DNA of 64,000 bases from the human T2T-CHM13v2.0 reference genome, Homo sapiens: the NCBI RefSeq assembly GCF_009914755.1, contig NC_060938.1. One strand, given 5' to 3'. Positions 58,242 to 64,000 of this stretch are shown here, piece by piece; position 1 is the stretch's first letter, and each line of letters starts with the position of its first letter. A program made the translations under genes and the position numbers. A model generated the notes under the pieces. The model made no database searches, had not been told where the DNA came from, and saw nothing but the letters and a program-made list of their open reading frames with translations.

Positions 58242-61200
58242 GAGGGGGAGGCAGAGCAAGATGGCTGAAGAGGAGCCTCTAGCAACTGACCCCAACCTTC
58301 CCCTCCAGGAACTGAACAAATTCACACAAGAAAGCACCTTCATAAGAACCAAAAATCAGGTGAACAATCACAGTGCCTGGTTTTGATATTGTATCAAGAA
58401 AAGAGGCACTAAACAGGGTAAGAAAGGCAGCCTTGAATTGCCTATACCACCCTACCCCCATACCCTGGGGGTGGCAACATCGCATGGAGAGAGAATCTGT
58501 ATGCTCGGGGTTGGAGGCACAGCAAAATGATTATGGGATTTTGCATTGGAACTCAGTGTGGCTCTGTCACAGTGGAAAGCAATATGGGGCAAAATTTGGC
58601 AGGTGCCCATTAAGGGAGCATTTAGACTAGCCTTAGCCAGAGGGAAATCATACATTCCAGCAGTCAGAACCTACTTCCAGCAGGCCTTTTGACCATGGAC
58701 TAAAGGGCTCTGGGGTTCTAAATAAACTTGAGCAGTAGTCAAGGTCACAAGGACTGCAATTCCTGGGCAAGTCCTGATGCTGTGCTGGGCTTGGAGCCAA
58801 TGGACTTGGGGCACATGCAACCCAGTGAGACACCAGCTGGGATGGTCACCCTCCCCGACTCCAGGCAGTGCAGCTCACAGCTCCAAGAGGAGAGGAAAGA
58901 GTAAAGATAACCCTGTCTTGCAACTTGGATACCAGCTCAGTCACAGTAAACTAAAGCACCAAGCAGAATCCTAAAGCCCCTATTCAAGGGCATAGCTCCT
59001 GGACATTTCCAGACTAGGCCAGAAGAGAACCCATTGCCATAAAGTGAAGGACCTGGTGCTAGAATAATATACCACTTTTTGACTGAAGAGCCCTTGAGCC
59101 TCGAATAAACATGAGCAGTAGCCAGGCAACAGTTACCATGGGCCTTGGGCAACACCCAATATTGTGCTGACTCAGTGTGACCCAACATATTCCCAGCTGT
59201 GGTGGCCATGGGGAGAAATTCCTTCTGCTTGAGGAAAGTAAAGGTAAAGGTAAAGAGAACTTTTGTCTTGCAACCTGGGTACCAGCTCAGTCCCAGTAAA
59301 ATAAAGCACCAATCAGAGTCCTAAAGCCCCTAATCCTAGGCCCTAACTCCTAAAAAGCATTTCTAGACCTATTCTGAGCCAGAAGGGTACCTGCCACACT
59401 GAAGAGAAAGAACCCCCCTGGCAGGATTCATCAACTGCTGACCAAACAGCCTTCAATAAATACCAGCAGTAGTGAGAAAATCATTGCCACAGGCCTTGGG
59501 CAAGACCCACTACAGGGTTAGCTTTAGGTATGACTTAGCACAGTCCCAGCAGTGATAGACACAGGAATGCTTGTGTCGTCCCTCACCAACTTCAGGCAGC
59601 TTAGCATGGAAAGGAACAGATCTTTACTTTGGGTGAAAGTAAGGGGGGAAAAAAAGAGTCTTTGCTTTGTAAGCCAGAGAATTCTCCCAGAACTTACCCA
59701 AGACCACCAAGGTGACACCTCTACAAGTCTGAAAGAGTCAAAGCATTACTGGGCTTGAGATGCCCCCTAATGCAGATACAGCTGCAGTGACCAAATATTT
59801 AGACCACAACACTGAATTCCCTTTGAATACTTGCAAAGCCATCTGAAGAAGGACAGGTACAAACAAACCCAGACTGTGAAGATTGGATAAATACCTAACT
59901 CTTCAACGCCCAGATATCAATGAACACCCACAAGCATGAAGACTATCTAGGAAAACATAACCTCACCAAATGAACTAAATAAGGCACCAGTGACCAATTC
60001 CAGAGTGACAGAGCTATGTTACCTTTCAGACACAGAATTCAACATAGCTGTTTTGAGGAAACTCAATGAAATTCAAGATAATACAGAGAAAGAATTCAGA
60101 ATTATATCGATAAATTCAACAAAGAATTGAAATAATTAAAGAGAATTAAGCAGAAATGTTAGAGCTGAAAATTTTAATTGCCAAACTGAAGAATGTGTCA
60201 AAGTCCGTCAAAAATCAGTAATGACCAAGCAGAAGCAAGGATTAGTGTGCTTGAAGATAGGCTATTTGAAAACACACAGTCAAAGGAGTCAAAAGAAAAA
60301 AGAATAAAAAATAATGAAGCATGCCAATAAGATCTAGAATATAGCTTCCAAGGGGCAAATGTAAGAGTTATTGGCCTTAAAGAGGAGGTGGGGAGAGTGA
60401 TTGGGTAGAAAGGTTTCTTAAGGAGATAACAGAATTTTTCCAACCTAGAGAAATATATTAATATTCAAGCACAAGCAGGTTATAGAACACCAAGCAAATT
60501 TAACCCAAATAAGACTACCTCAAGACAATCATGAAATTCCCAAAGATCAAGGATAAAGAAAGTGTCCTAAAAACAGCAAGACTAAAGAAATAAATAACAT
60601 GTAAAGGAGCTCCAATACATCTGGCAGCAGATTTCTCAGTGGAAACCTTACAGGCCAGGAGAGAGTAGTATAATATATTTAAAGGGATGAAAGAAAAAAA
60701 TTATCCTAGACCATTATATGCAGCAAAAATGTCCTTCAAATATAAAGGATAAATAAAGGCTTTCTCAGACAAACAAAAGTTGAGGCATTTCATCAACATC
60801 AGACCCCTTTTTGGGGGGTTTCTTGGACAGCCCCCAAGAAATGCTAAGGGGAATTCTTTAATCTGAAAGTGACCTTAACAAGCAATAAGAAATCATCTGA
60901 AGGTACAAAACCAGTCGGTAACAGTAAATAAACGCACAAATGCAGAATGTTATAACACTGTATTTGTAGTGGGTAAATGCTCGTATCTTGAGTAGGAATA
61001 TTAAAAGATGAACCTATCAAAAATAATACCTACAAAAACCTTTTAAGACTTGACTGTATAAGAAGATATAAATAGAACAGCAAAATTTTAAAAAGCAGGG
61101 ACTATGAAGTTGGTGTAGCTTTTATGTTTTCTTTTTGTTTCTTAGTTTGTTTTGCAATCAGAGTTAACTTGTCATCATTTTAAAATAATGGGTTATAAGA

Positions 61201-64000
61201 TTTTATTTGCAAGCCTCATGGTAACCTCAAATCCAAAAACCTCAAGAGACATACAAAAAATATAAAGCAAGAAATTAAATCATAACACCAGAGAAAAACA
61301 CTTTCACAAAAAGGAAGACAAGAAGGAAAGGAAAAAAAAAGGAAGGAAGAAAAGACTAAAAATGAACCAAAAAACAAATAACAAAATAACAATATGGTAT
61401 AAAGTCCTTACTTAATAATAACATTGAATGTAAATGGTCTAAACTCTCCAATTAAAAGAGAGTAGCAGAATGGATTAAAAAAAAAAGACCCAATGATCAG
61501 TTCCCTATAAGAAAGACAGTTCATCTATAAAGACACATATAGACTATAAATAATGGTATGGAAAGAGATATTCCATAAAAATGAAAGCCATAAAATATCA
61601 GCAATGGTAAGACTTAGATAAGATAGACTTCAAGACAAAAGGTACGAAAAGAGACCAAGATTGTTATTACATAATGATAAAGGAAATCAATTCAGCAAAA
61701 GAGTATATAAATTGTAAATATATATGCACTCAACATTGGAACATCCAGATATGTAAAGCAAATATTATCAGAGCTAAAGAGAGAGACTTCAGTACACTAA
61801 CAGTTGGAAAATTTAACACCCCTTTTTCAGCATTTGACAGATCATCCAGACAGAAAATCAACCAAGACTAATTGAACCTAATCTGCACTGTACGCTAAAT
61901 GGACTTAATAGAAGTTTACATAACATTTTATCCAACAGCTGCAGAATCCAAATTCTTCTCCTAAGTACATGGATCATTCTCAAGTATAGACCATATGTTA
62001 GGTCACAAAACGAGTCTTAAAACATTCAAAAAATTTGAAATCATATCAAGTAATTTCTCTGACCACAATGGAATAAAACTAGAAATTAATAACAACAGAA
62101 ACTTTGGAAATGATACAAACACATGGAAATTAAATAATATATTCCTGAATGACCAGTGAGTCAATGAAGAAATTAAGAAGAAAATTTAAAAACTTCTACC
62201 AGCCCAGTGTTACCTTGGTACTGAAACCAAAAAAGACATATTAAAAAAAGACTATAAGACAGTATCTCTGATGAAGAATGCTGTAAAAATCCTCAACAAA
62301 ATACCAGCAAACTGAATTCAATAACGTATTAAAAAGATCATTCATCATGACCAGGTGGCATTCATCCCAGTGATGCAAGGATAGCTCAACATATGCAAAT
62401 TGATCAATGTCATACATCGTATCACAGAATGAAGAACAAAAGCCATATGATAATTTAAAACTGAGGCTGAATAAATATTTGATGAAATTCATCATCCCTT
62501 CATGATATAAACCCTAAAAAACTGGGTATAGAAGGGAACATATTTCAACACAATAAAAGCCATATATGACAGACCCACAGCTAATATAATACTAAATGAG
62601 CAAACACTGAAAGCCTTTGTTCTAAGATATGGAACAAGACAAGGATGCCCCATTTTTACCAGTGTTATTTAACACATTACCTGACTTCCCTAACTAGAGC
62701 AATCAGAAAACAGAATGAAATAAAAGGCATGAAAATTGGAAAGAGAAAGAAGTCAAATTATTCTTGTTTGCAGATAATGCGAACTTATATTTGGAAAAAC
62801 TTAAAGATTCTACAAAAAACTATTAAAACATAAATAAATTCAGTAAAGTCTCAGGTTACCAAATCAATAGCACTTCTATTAATACATGCCACCAGTGAAC
62901 AATCTGAAAAGATATCAATACAGTAATCTAGTTTACAATAGCTACAAATAAAATTAAACACCTAGGAATAAACTTAAAGACGTGAGAGATTACTACAAGG
63001 AAAATTATAAAATATTGATGTAAGAAATTGAAGTGGACATGAAAAATGAAAAGATAGTGCATGTTCATAGACTGAAAGAATCAAATATAGTTAAAATGTG
63101 CATCCTACCCAAAGCGATCTACAGATTCAATACAGTCTCTATCAAATACCAATGATATTCTTCACAGAAATAGCAAAAGCAATTCTAAAATTTATGTGGA
63201 ACCACAAAAGACCCAGAACAGCCAAAGCTATCCTGAGCAAAAAGTATGAAATGAGGAATCACATTACCAGACTTCAAATTATACTGTAGAGGTATAGTAA
63301 CAAAAATACCACGGTACCAGCATAAAAACAGACACATAGACCAATGGAATATATAGAACCCAGAAATAAATCTATACATCTATAGAGAACTTGCTTTTGA
63401 TAAAGTTGCCAAAAACATACATTGGGGAGAGGACATTCTCTTCAATAAATGGTGCTGGAAAAACTGAATATCCTTACACAGAAGAGTGAAACTAGACCCC
63501 TATCTCTTGCAATATACGAAAATAAAATCAAAATGGATTAAATACTTAAATCTAAGACCTCAAACTATGAAACTACTAAAAGAAAACAGTGGGGAGATTT
63601 TTGGGGCATTGGTCTGGGCAACAACTTCTTGAGTAATACCCAAAAGCACAGGCAACCAAAGTAGAAATGGATCACATCAATTTAAAAAGTTTCTGCACCA
63701 CACAGGAAAAAATCCACAACATGAAGAGATAACCCATAGAATAAGAAAAAAATATTTGCAAACTACCTATCTAACAAGGGATTAATAACCAGAATATATG
63801 AAGAGCTCAAACAAGTCAAGAGGGAGAAAATATCTGAATAAACATTTCTGAAAAGAAGACTTATAAATGGCAAACAGGTATATGGAAAGGTGCTCAATAT
63901 CCTTGATCATCAGAAAAATACAAAACAAACTATAATGAGACATCATATTACCCCAATTTAAATGGCTTATATGCTAAAGACAGGAGATAATGAATGCTGA
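58242..64000 (+). mobile_element. LINE-1 (L1M1/L1MA-type): 5'UTR, ORF1, ORF2; runs off the right edge; internal ORF2 deletion near 62198; inactive
   Basis: 5' end gagggggaggcagagcaagatggctga, a long 5'UTR with a ~350-bp internal duplication, and disrupted ORF1/ORF2 remnants ([24 protein letters not shown]). Confidence 0.92.

Overview
Primate genomic DNA, very probably human (an Alu carrying all five Ya5 diagnostic bases is present). The window is AT-rich and dominated by repeats. I recognise no protein-coding gene, RNA gene or CRISPR-like array. The longer ORFs in the track are mostly broken L1 ORF1/ORF2 pieces, Alu or LTR read-throughs, or chance ORFs in low-complexity sequence. Five large LINE-1 copies cover about 25 kb: 1-2742 (-), 19500-24623 (-), 24624-30179 (+), 38411-45046 (-) and 58242->64000 (+). 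Also present are 11 Alu-family SINEs, a truncated ERVL-type provirus containing a (CAG)13 tract, a complete THE1 provirus, several solo LTRs, Tigger/hAT MITEs and L2/MIR relics. The notable signals are structural: a four-level TE nest containing a twin-primed L1, an L1 with two stacked 3' ends, a head-to-head L1 junction, several template-switch micro-inversions, a direct-inverted-direct 104-bp element, and a CTG-encoded signal-peptide-like 50-aa smORF downstream of an ERV LTR. I see no evidence of a novel multi-gene system. Subfamily names come from recalled consensus motifs, not from a database search, and boundaries of old repeats are approximate.
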